Below are positions 10,514 through 19,258 of a DNA stretch of 64,000 nt, piece after piece. Source of the DNA: Candidatus Cloacimonadales bacterium (GTDB taxonomy: Bacteria; Cloacimonadota; Cloacimonadia; Cloacimonadales; JAFGVF01); assembly GCA_963678315.1 (NCBI GenBank), contig OY782781.1, positions 2,272,001 to 2,336,000 of the forward strand. The letters are read 5' to 3'. The notes beneath the pieces are model-generated. The model ran no database searches. It saw only the letters and a program-made list of their open reading frames with translations, and was not told the DNA's origin. Within the stretch, counting starts at the first letter, position 1, and every line of letters starts with the position of its first letter. The position numbers and the translations under genes are program-made.

Positions 10514-10994
10514 ATTCTTTTCTAATTACTTCAATATTCTGACTATTATTAATTTTTTGTTCTTTAATTAAAGTCCAGTTTCCTAAACTAACCTTTGGGA
10601 AGTAAGTATCACCTTCGGCTTCGATAGCAAGTTCACTGATTAAGAGTCTATTAGCAAGAGGTAAGAAAAGATCATATATTTCTTTGCCACCAATAACAAA
10701 AAATAGCTCATCAGACTTCTCAATCAAATCAAACATAATCTCACCAAACCCACTTCTAAATTTAACTTCTTCAGTATCAGGATCATTTATACTCTTGCTT
10801 AAAACATAATTTACTCTACCAGTTAAAGGTTTCCCTAATGATTCGTAGGTCTTCCTGCCCACAATAACATTATGACCCATAGTAGTTTCTTTGAAAAGTG
10901 CCAATTCTTCTGGAATATCCCAAGGCATTTCACCATGGCTTCCAATAAGGCCATTCAAGTCTCGGGCAACAATGATTGTTATATTATTTTTCAT
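10494..10994 (-). CDS. folA: Dihydrofolate reductase
   Basis: IG..GEMPW, FKETT, GRKTYES, PLTGR, IGGKEIY, GDTYFP. Confidence 0.95.
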   Translation of the reverse strand: MKNNITIIVARDLNGLIGSHGEMPWDIPEELALFKETTMGHNVIVGRKTYESLGKPLTGRVNYVLSKSINDPDTEEVKFRSGFGEIMFDLIEKSDELFFVIGGKEIYDLFLPLANRLLISELAIEAEGDTYFPKVSLGNWTLIKEQKINNSQNIEVIRKEYARKKI

Positions 10995-11550
10995 TGTTTT
11001 TAACCTTTGTTGTTTTTTGGATTTTACTTACAACTATTGTTTGAAGAAACTCATCATATTCAGCATTTGGGGACAATTCAGCCATACTATTAATTATTTC
11101 TAGCATTTGCTTAAACACTAAAAGCAGATTGTATTGCTTTTTGTTGTTGTTTTCGTCAAGATAGGATATAATAACATACCTTTTCTTACCAGAATTCATA
11201 CTAAATTTTGTTATGGAATCCCACTTTATCTTTCTTTTAAGTCCCAGTATACTTGAAGCAATAAAATAGTCTTTGGTAATCGTTATAGTGTGAATATTAA
11301 ACAAGTTTTGAAAGAGTGTATTAGCACCAGCAAATAATACAATAATAGGAACAGCTTTAGCAAATATGGTCGGGTCTTTTACAATTGGTAATTTAAAGAA
11401 CATAAAATACAAGGCATATCCAACCACTAAGAAAGAAAATGCAATCATAATCAATCTAATTACTAGATTAAATCTATACTTTCTTGGTAGTCCCTTCTTT
11501 CTATTAATATCAACAAAATCATTTATATCTAAATTAGTCTTTGTTTTCAT
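10984..11550 (-). CDS. Hypothetical membrane protein (2 TM plus PH-like tail)
   Basis: Operon-coupled ORF with two TM segments. Confidence 0.65.
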   Translation of the reverse strand: MKTKTNLDINDFVDINRKKGLPRKYRFNLVIRLIMIAFSFLVVGYALYFMFFKLPIVKDPTIFAKAVPIIVLFAGANTLFQNLFNIHTITITKDYFIASSILGLKRKIKWDSITKFSMNSGKKRYVIISYLDENNNKKQYNLLLVFKQMLEIINSMAELSPNAEYDEFLQTIVVSKIQKTTKVKNNEK

Positions 11551-12377
11551 AAATTAATCCTCTCTTCTAATAACTTATTAAGTTCATTAATAACACAATC
11601 AGGAGCAGTATATTCTCCTATAGTTTGATGCTTCAGCTTTCCATGGAAATCACTACCACCGGTTGATATTAGATTATTATCACGACAAATATTCTCACAT
11701 CTCGCAATTTCTTTAGGACTGTGGTCATAATAATATGTTTCTATACCGTCAATTCCTGCTTTAACGAAATAGGAAATATTCTTTATATCTATTGATTTAA
11801 AGGGATGAGCTAGAACCACGAAGCCACCTGCTTGATGAACTATATCTATCACTTCCTTTGGGGATACATCTAATTTAGGCACGTAGGCTGGTCCATTGTC
11901 AGAAATATATTTATTAAACGCTTGCTGAGGATGCTTAAAATAACCATTATTAACTAAAGCTCTAGCAATATGGGGTCTACCAATAGAAGCATTAGAATCT
12001 GCCACTTCTAAAACATCATTAATTGTCACATCTAATCCCAACTCATTAAGCTTGTTAATCATCTTCTTAGCACGTATATTACGGGAATTCTTAATATTAT
12101 TTAGAAGTGTAAACAATTTACTATTGTTTATATTGAAATCATAAGCTAGAAGATGAACTTCTCGGTCTGCATATCGTGAACTTATCTCAACACCTTTTAA
12201 CACTCTCATTTTCCCTTTGTACAAAGTAGTAATATCATTGTATGCATCAATAGAGTCATGGTCAGTTATTGAAATAACATCATAACCTAGCTGATAGTAT
12301 GATTCTAAAACATTAAGTAAAAGCTCTTCACCATCAGAAAAAGTAGTGTGTATGTGTAAATCTATCTTTCTTTTCAT
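11547..12377 (-). CDS. PHP-domain phosphoesterase (TrpH/YciV-like)
   Basis: DLHIHTTFSDG, ITDHD, GVEIS, GRPHIA, LAHP, GGSDFHG. Confidence 0.93.
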   Translation of the reverse strand: MKRKIDLHIHTTFSDGEELLLNVLESYYQLGYDVISITDHDSIDAYNDITTLYKGKMRVLKGVEISSRYADREVHLLAYDFNINNSKLFTLLNNIKNSRNIRAKKMINKLNELGLDVTINDVLEVADSNASIGRPHIARALVNNGYFKHPQQAFNKYISDNGPAYVPKLDVSPKEVIDIVHQAGGFVVLAHPFKSIDIKNISYFVKAGIDGIETYYYDHSPKEIARCENICRDNNLISTGGSDFHGKLKHQTIGEYTAPDCVINELNKLLEERINL

Positions 12378-12379
12378 AA

Positions 12380-13006
12380 CTAAAGCTTCTTGTGTTGCAT
12401 AAGCATATGTTTCAACCTCGATGTTATCATATCTATGGCAATTTTATTCTGTCCACCCTCAGGAACAATAACATCGGCATAACGTTTGGTTGGTTCTACA
12501 AATCTAATATGCATTGGTCTAACGGTTTCTCTATACTGTTCTACAATACTATCAAGACTCCTTCCTCTTTCTGACATATCTCTTTGGATTCTTCGTAATA
12601 TTCGCAAGTCTGAATCTGTATCAACATATATTTTAATATCCATTAAATTCCTTAACTCTTCATTCTCAAAAATAAGTATTCCTTCTATGACTATAATTGA
12701 ATTTGGATATACTTTAAGAGTATTTTCGAGTCTGCTATGTGTAGTAAACTCGTAAATAGGTTGTTCTATTGGTACTGACTCCTTCAACGCCCTAACATGC
12801 GATATTAGGAGGTCTGAATCAATAGATTTAGGGTGGTCATAATTTATCTTGGATTTTTGCTCAAAAGTCATGTCAGAAAAGTCTTTATAATAAGCATCCT
12901 GTGGAATAATAGTAATATGCTCAGATATTGCAGATTGGATAGCATTAGTAATACAAGTTTTTCCTGACCCAGTTCCTCCAGCGATTCCAACTATCAACGG
13001 TTTCAT
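12380..13006 (-). CDS. udk: Uridine kinase
   Basis: GIAGGTGSGKT, NYDHP, IEGIL, RRIQRD..ERGR, FVEPTKRYAD. Confidence 0.95.
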   Translation of the reverse strand: MKPLIVGIAGGTGSGKTCITNAIQSAISEHITIIPQDAYYKDFSDMTFEQKSKINYDHPKSIDSDLLISHVRALKESVPIEQPIYEFTTHSRLENTLKVYPNSIIVIEGILIFENEELRNLMDIKIYVDTDSDLRILRRIQRDMSERGRSLDSIVEQYRETVRPMHIRFVEPTKRYADVIVPEGGQNKIAIDMITSRLKHMLMQHKKL

Positions 13007-13015
13007 TTATACCTC

Positions 13016-14122
13016 TTAATTTTTCCATTTATACTTGCCTAAAGTACCATTAATTGCAAAGATAACGAATATCAAAATATAAACTATCATAAATGCAAAA
13101 TAGCACCACAAGTATCTAAGTCTTTTAATTTTGTATGAGAAGTAGCCCAAATAGAGCAATTCAATAAAAACTTTACTAATAATAATATACATAAAGATAC
13201 TTATTGGCATTGAAGCAATCAATGCTGAATATATCATATATCCCAGACTAATAAAATACATGAACATAAAGATGCTAAATAGCTGAAGTACTTTTGGATG
13301 GTACTTAAACTTAGAAGCCCTTCTAGTTTCTAAATTAGCATGAGCGCTAGTAGATTCTTTTTCTATAGTAGAGATTTGTGAATCTGATGAAGTAAGATAC
13401 TTAACATTACGTAAATTAACCCACATATTGAATAACTGCAAATCATCATCACCTGAAGGTATATGTTTAAATCTTCCGAAGCCTCCACTCTTTAAGTACA
13501 CAGATTTCCTGTAAGCCATATTAGAAGCTGAAGCTGTAATTGGTGTACGATTACCTAATCCACTGGCAGCTAGGGCTCGATAAACTATTGCTTCAAAAGT
13601 TTTAAGCTTATTAAGGAAGGTTTTATGCCTAAATATGACATGAGTGTAACCTAAAATATAATCTGTTTTATCATCAAACTCATTGGCAAAAGTCTCTATC
13701 CATTTACTATTAACAACACAGTCAGAATCTGTAAACATAAGAATATCATTTGCAGCAGACTCAATTCCTTTTGCTACGGCTTGCTTTTTACCGGTAGTTC
13801 CATCTTTTTTGTTAATACTAATTAATTTGATATTAATATTCGAACTAATTATGTATTTTTGAACTTTATTATAGGTATTATCATGACTTCTATCATCAAC
13901 AATTAATACTTCGAATAAGTCCTTTGGATAAGTTTGTTCTTCTAGTGATTCAAGAAGATTTATAATGTTGGCTTCTTCATTTCTAGCAGCTACGATTACA
14001 GAAACTTTGTTCTTCTTTTTGCTTGTATTATTCTTTCTGTAACATATTCTAACTACACCAATAATTAGATATATAATCAGTAAAACATATATGACATTTA
14101 TTGCTATTAAGGTATTTATCAT
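13016..14122 (-). CDS. Membrane-bound glycosyltransferase family 2
   Basis: VIVAARNEE, VDDRSHD, GKKQA, FTDSDC, SGDDD; terminal TMs. Confidence 0.9.
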   Translation of the reverse strand: MINTLIAINVIYVLLIIYLIIGVVRICYRKNNTSKKKNKVSVIVAARNEEANIINLLESLEEQTYPKDLFEVLIVDDRSHDNTYNKVQKYIISSNINIKLISINKKDGTTGKKQAVAKGIESAANDILMFTDSDCVVNSKWIETFANEFDDKTDYILGYTHVIFRHKTFLNKLKTFEAIVYRALAASGLGNRTPITASASNMAYRKSVYLKSGGFGRFKHIPSGDDDLQLFNMWVNLRNVKYLTSSDSQISTIEKESTSAHANLETRRASKFKYHPKVLQLFSIFMFMYFISLGYMIYSALIASMPISIFMYIIISKVFIELLYLGYFSYKIKRLRYLWCYFAFMIVYILIFVIFAINGTLGKYKWKN

Positions 14123-15807
14123 TATCTATTTTGAATATTAACTATCTTTGAATTTGTATCTTTGATAAGCTTTGCTAAATCAGGACTTTTTTTTTCAATG
14201 TTATCAATAGTTACTTCTTCAATTACTTTCTTATCTTTTTTTTTTAGTAATACTTCTAATGTAACTTTATTATCAAAGAATTTCGATAATTCTTCTTCAA
14301 GTATTATCATATCAGTCTTAAACTTATTCTCAATTAGTGTAGAATCGGTAGAAATTATAATCCTGTTATTAATAACATCTTCAACTGATACTCTCAATAA
14401 GTAAGTTGCAAGAAGACTATAATTCTTTTTTACAAATCTATTAAGTTTATCCCAATTATTATTCACTACATCAAGGGATATTTTTTGATTACTATTTACA
14501 GCTTCTGGTTTCGTACGAATATTCTCTGTCGGTGTATTATCTAATTTTTCTACTTTCTTTTTTGTATCCTCAGTTCGTTTTTCTTCAAGCTTTTTTGCTT
14601 CACTTGCTTGTGAGTTAACATTTGATTCAGTTATAGTAACAGTTTTCTTTACTTGAGAATTATTAGCATTAGTAGATTGGATATTTATTGTTGTAGGAGG
14701 AGCAATTACATCATCAATATTTACTAAGTCATGAATTTTAGAAAGCTTTATAAGGACTATCTCAATCATTATCTCTGGATGATCGGCATATTTCATATCC
14801 ATCTTAGTTTTCATCAAAATAGATATTATATAAAGAATATCTTCATCATCAAATTTTCTAGTTACATTAGTAAGAGATTCCATCTGACTATCAGAAACTT
14901 CTCCAGAATTAACACCATAGTTAGCTAAAAGACAGAATCTTAAATAATCAAGGAAGCCATTTACAACTTCAATTATATCTTTTCCAGTTGCAATAACACT
15001 GTGTAAATTCTCAATAACTGCTTTTGTATTACCTGAGTTAATGTTCATCATTATGTTTTCATAGACATCGAAGGACAATATCCCGAACACTTCTCTTACT
15101 GTAACCTCATCAATGATTTCATTACCAGTAGAGATTACTTGATCCATAAGAGAAAGTGCATCACGCATTCCACCATCAGCCTTTTTAGCTATTTGGAATA
15201 AGGCCTCTTCTTCATATTTTAGATTCTCACTATTGCATATATTCTTAAGGTTTTTAACTATTGATTCAACTGGAATACGTTTAAAATCATATCTTTGACA
15301 GCGTGATATAATAGTAGGAATAACCTTATGAGGCTCTGTAGTAGCAAATATAAAAATCACATTTTCAGGTGGCTCTTCTAATGTCTTTAGTAGGGCATTG
15401 AATGCATTCTTTGATAGCATATGAACTTCATCAATTATATATATCTTATACTTAGAGCTATTGGTTGTATATAAAAGTTCTTTTTGAAGCTCTCTAATGT
15501 CATCAACACCAGTGTTAGAAGCACCATCTATTTCTATTACATCTGATGATATACCAGAAGTAATCTCTATACAATTTGAACACTTATTACATGGGTGTCC
15601 TTTGCTACCTTCTGTGCAGTTAAGAGTTTTAGCTAAAATACGAGCCAAGGATGTTTTGCCAACACCTCTAGGACCTGTAAAAAGAAACGCATGTGCAATT
15701 CTATCATTTTCAATAGCATTAACCAATATTTTAGTTATATGCTCTTGTGCATAAACATCTTCAAAAGTCTGGGGTCTATATTTTCTAGCTAAAACAACGT
15801 ATGACAT
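14122..15807 (-). CDS. dnaX: DNA polymerase III subunit gamma/tau
   Basis: LARKYRPQTF, GPRGVGKT, Zn cysteines, IIDEVHML, SRC. Confidence 0.97.
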   Translation of the reverse strand: MSYVVLARKYRPQTFEDVYAQEHITKILVNAIENDRIAHAFLFTGPRGVGKTSLARILAKTLNCTEGSKGHPCNKCSNCIEITSGISSDVIEIDGASNTGVDDIRELQKELLYTTNSSKYKIYIIDEVHMLSKNAFNALLKTLEEPPENVIFIFATTEPHKVIPTIISRCQRYDFKRIPVESIVKNLKNICNSENLKYEEEALFQIAKKADGGMRDALSLMDQVISTGNEIIDEVTVREVFGILSFDVYENIMMNINSGNTKAVIENLHSVIATGKDIIEVVNGFLDYLRFCLLANYGVNSGEVSDSQMESLTNVTRKFDDEDILYIISILMKTKMDMKYADHPEIMIEIVLIKLSKIHDLVNIDDVIAPPTTINIQSTNANNSQVKKTVTITESNVNSQASEAKKLEEKRTEDTKKKVEKLDNTPTENIRTKPEAVNSNQKISLDVVNNNWDKLNRFVKKNYSLLATYLLRVSVEDVINNRIIISTDSTLIENKFKTDMIILEEELSKFFDNKVTLEVLLKKKDKKVIEEVTIDNIEKKSPDLAKLIKDTNSKIVNIQNR

Positions 15808-15808
15808 A

Positions 15809-17734
15809 TTATCCTCTTAAATCTATTTCCTTTCCGGTAAAAACTCTAGTATCTTCCATTCTTTTAGTAATAGCAATTTTGTCAAAGATTTCTAAATAAT
15901 ATAAAGTGATTTTTCTATTAACTCCAAGAGCATCTCTAACTTCACTTACTTTAAAATTCTTAGGACATTTGTCTTTAATAGCTTCAATTATACTTAAAAT
16001 TATACTTGCTGAAATGAAGACATTATTTTGAGGTATAATTAGCTTTTGTTCAATCAGGTGATTGATTATTGAATTATAATCTTGCCCTTTTAACGAATAC
16101 TTTTTTATAGACAGATCTTTCAAGTCCTCTTCGGGATAGTCTACACCAATCTGATTTATATCTTCAAGAATGCTTTTTTCTGTGTTAATCAAGTAATTTG
16201 CATCTTCTGGATTATGAGAACTTAGCAAATATGTACTATCAAATGCCTTTACAGAATTTTCTTCAGTCATGCCTTTTAGAATGCTTATTAAAACTGACTT
16301 TGTAATAGTAGTGTGTTTACTCGAGATATATTTAAATATATCATTTATTGATAATCCCTTATTACTTAGTTTATTTTGTAAATGATGTCTTCGAAGGACT
16401 TTATTTACTTCCTCTTCAATAATTTCTTTCCTCTCTCGTAAGACTAATAAACTTTCATTATCTTCTTTGATAATTGTAATCATATCCGGAATTTCTTTTA
16501 TAGCAGAATCCAACACTTCTAAAGTAATATTTAGATATCTACAGATAGTTGTAGCTTTCAATAAATCAAGCGACTTTTCCAGTTCATTGAGAATAACCCA
16601 TTTTACTTCGTTATTAGCTAGTTGATGTAACTTATCAATTAGTTTTTTAGGTCTTTTCTTATGTTTTAAAGGGTAAGCATCAATAATTCTACCACCGCCA
16701 ATAGTCTTTGTATTAGAACTGTCTCTTATAATGTACTTGTCGTTATAGTAAAATACTCCAGCTTTATCTAACGTAATTTGGACTATAGCCGTTTCATTTT
16801 CAGTTAGTTCATTTTTATCAATCAAGTGCATTTTGGCTTTCGATTTGTAAGTACCAGATAATAGGATTACTGTTGACCATAACTTCAATGTTTCTTTAGA
16901 GTAATTTACTAAATGACAATCAATCCTATCGCTGTTATCTCTATCATGAGATGTAATCAACATACCTCGTCTAAATTCAGAAACTTTCAAACCTGTTACG
17001 TTAAGAGAAGCTCTGTCTCCTGGAAATATACTATCTACAGAATGTTTAAATCTTTCGATTCCTCTTATTCTTAAATTTTTTCTATCAGGGAGTAATAAGA
17101 CTTCATCAGTTTTAACCAATTTCCCACTTAATACTGAGCCATTAACAACAGTTCCATGACCTGTAACTGAAAAGATTCTATCTATATACATTCTAAAAAC
17201 TAGACCTAAGTCTTTTTCATTAACCATAGAAATTTGATTAGCAATCTCTTTTCTTATATCATTCAGTCCATTCCCTGTTTTACTGGATACTTTTATAATA
17301 TTACAATTTTCAAGAAAGCTACTTGAAACAAACTCTTTAACCTCTTCAATTGCTAATTCTGTCAATTCCTCGTCTACTAAGTCAGTTTTTGTTAATGCAA
17401 CGAAGCCAGATTTAATGTCTAATAGCTCCATGATTTTAAGATGTTCTTGTGTTTGTGGCATAATTCCACTATCTGCTGAGATAACTAACATAACAAAATC
17501 AATGCTTGAAGCACCAGCTATCATAGTATTTATGAAGTCCTTATGACCTGGTACATCAATTATTCCCACTTCCTTATCTTCATCAATCTTAATATGACTA
17601 AAACCTAGATGAATTGTTATACCCCTATTCTTTTCTTCTTTATGAGTGTCACAATCAAAGCCGGTTAGAAGTTTTATTAAAGACGTTTTTCCATGGTCAA
17701 CATGGCCTGCAGTTCCCATTGTTAAGTGTTTCAT
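15809..17734 (-). CDS. selB: Selenocysteine-specific elongation factor
   Basis: GTAGHVDHGKT, RGITIHLGF, DVPGH, TKTD; C-terminal winged helices (RDALGVNRK); adjacent to selA and selC. Confidence 0.96.
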   Translation of the reverse strand: MKHLTMGTAGHVDHGKTSLIKLLTGFDCDTHKEEKNRGITIHLGFSHIKIDEDKEVGIIDVPGHKDFINTMIAGASSIDFVMLVISADSGIMPQTQEHLKIMELLDIKSGFVALTKTDLVDEELTELAIEEVKEFVSSSFLENCNIIKVSSKTGNGLNDIRKEIANQISMVNEKDLGLVFRMYIDRIFSVTGHGTVVNGSVLSGKLVKTDEVLLLPDRKNLRIRGIERFKHSVDSIFPGDRASLNVTGLKVSEFRRGMLITSHDRDNSDRIDCHLVNYSKETLKLWSTVILLSGTYKSKAKMHLIDKNELTENETAIVQITLDKAGVFYYNDKYIIRDSSNTKTIGGGRIIDAYPLKHKKRPKKLIDKLHQLANNEVKWVILNELEKSLDLLKATTICRYLNITLEVLDSAIKEIPDMITIIKEDNESLLVLRERKEIIEEEVNKVLRRHHLQNKLSNKGLSINDIFKYISSKHTTITKSVLISILKGMTEENSVKAFDSTYLLSSHNPEDANYLINTEKSILEDINQIGVDYPEEDLKDLSIKKYSLKGQDYNSIINHLIEQKLIIPQNNVFISASIILSIIEAIKDKCPKNFKVSEVRDALGVNRKITLYYLEIFDKIAITKRMEDTRVFTGKEIDLRG

Positions 17735-19093
17735 TTATTTTGAATACTCTCTATTGATTTGACTTGTTATGTATTCAATATCATCATCATTAATTGCAAT
17801 CACATCTAACACTAACTTACTTCCTTTCAGAAAACCGAGAATAGGTTTTTCTAAAGCTAGCAGATTATAGAAAGCTCTTTTACTTACTTCTTCAGTTGCA
17901 TCAATTTCAATTGCATATGATTCTAATTTAATTTTTGGTAAAGAACCACCACCAACTTTAGCTGAGTGCTCAATAATAGAAGTCTTAACAAATATACGCT
18001 TACCCAAAGAATATGCTCTATTATAAAGTATTTCTTTAGACTGTCTTATTTGTCTAAAAAATGGTAGGTCTATCTCACTAATAGGCTTGTTATGCTCTTT
18101 TATAGTTTCGTATAAAATAGTTTCTGTCACTTTACCAACTCTCAACACACGATACAAAGGGTTTTTCTTTAATCTATCAATGTACTCTCTTTTTCCTACA
18201 ATAATGCCAGCTTGTGGTCCGCCTAATAACTTGTCCCCACTAAAACTTACTAAATCTACTCCATATTTAAGAATTTCGGATACGCTCTCTTCCCATTCAA
18301 AAGTAGAAGAAGAGTCTTTAGTTAAAATTGCTGATCCAACATCATAATATGAAATCAGATTATTTTCTTGTGCTAAACTTGCGATTTTATCAATTAATAC
18401 TTCTTCAGTAAAACCTTCTAAGAAGAAGTTTGATCTATGAACTTTCATCAGCATAGTTGTATTTTCATTAATGTTATTGATGTAATCATTCAGTTTAGTT
18501 TTATTTGTAGTACCAATTTCTTTAAGTTTTGCCCCACTCATATTCATTATGTCTGGAACCCTAAATGAACCACCAATTTCTACTAATTCCCCGCGTGATA
18601 CAATGACCTCAGATTTTTTAGCTAATTCATTTAATATAAGAAATACAGCACTTGCATTGTTATTAACAATGAGACTTGCCTCAGCCCCAGTTGTCTTACA
18701 AATAATGTTTTTAAGATAAGCACCTCTCTCTCCTCTCTTCCCTTTCTCTAAATCAAATTCTATATTTAAATAATTAGCTAGTTTTTCAGATGTTGATTCC
18801 AAAATCTTTTTACTAATTTTAGCCCTTCCTAAATTAGTATGAATTAAAACCCCGGTGCAATTAACAACATTCTTTAATTCTGTGGGTAAATATTGTTTAA
18901 GTTGATTATCTAAGAGAATTAATATCTCTTCACTTGTATAGCCTGAGCCTGATAATATATCTTTCTTAATTGATGAAATGAAAGCCTTAGTTAGTTCCTT
19001 TGTTCTTTGTTCACCTAAAACTTTAAAATATTCTTGTAATCTATTGTCTTCATATATCTTATTCATTGATGGAACATTAATCATTTCATTCAT
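17735..19093 (-). CDS. selA: L-seryl-tRNA(Sec) selenium transferase
   Basis: TGVLIHTNLGRA, VNNNASA, SRGELVEIGGSFR, FSGDKLLGGPQAG. Confidence 0.97.
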   Translation of the reverse strand: MNEMINVPSMNKIYEDNRLQEYFKVLGEQRTKELTKAFISSIKKDILSGSGYTSEEILILLDNQLKQYLPTELKNVVNCTGVLIHTNLGRAKISKKILESTSEKLANYLNIEFDLEKGKRGERGAYLKNIICKTTGAEASLIVNNNASAVFLILNELAKKSEVIVSRGELVEIGGSFRVPDIMNMSGAKLKEIGTTNKTKLNDYINNINENTTMLMKVHRSNFFLEGFTEEVLIDKIASLAQENNLISYYDVGSAILTKDSSSTFEWEESVSEILKYGVDLVSFSGDKLLGGPQAGIIVGKREYIDRLKKNPLYRVLRVGKVTETILYETIKEHNKPISEIDLPFFRQIRQSKEILYNRAYSLGKRIFVKTSIIEHSAKVGGGSLPKIKLESYAIEIDATEEVSKRAFYNLLALEKPILGFLKGSKLVLDVIAINDDDIEYITSQINREYSK

Positions 19094-19114
19094 AAAAACC
19101 TCTTATTAGAGAAG

Positions 19115-19140
19115 ACGAGTCGGAAATTATTCCGACTCGT
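19115..19140 (-). terminator. 11-bp hairpin 9 nt after selC (weak terminator or processing hairpin)
   Basis: ACGAGTCGGAA-TAAT-TTCCGACTCGT followed only by CTTCTCT. Confidence 0.6.
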
Positions 19141-19149
19141 TAATTTATT

Positions 19150-19244
19150 TGGCTGAGAGGGCAGGAATCGAACCTGCCAAAAACGGTTTTATCCGCTTCC
19201 TATCGGTTTTGAAGACCGACTGAACCACCAGATTCATCCTCCCG
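19150..19244 (-). tRNA. selC: tRNA-Sec (UCA), 7/5 fold
   Basis: Manual fold: CGGGAGG-A-TGAATC(TGGT)GGTTCA-GTCGGT(CTTCAAA)ACCGAT, long variable arm, GCAGG(TTCGATT)CCTGC-CCTCTCA-G-CCA. Confidence 0.97.
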
Positions 19245-19258
19245 GCAATTTCTATTTA

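Noticed and set aside
14187..14245. A9 and A10 runs in dnaX as transcriptional slippage sites
   Set aside because: Within the last ~40 codons, so they would not yield a gamma-sized product; such runs are common in this AT-rich DNA
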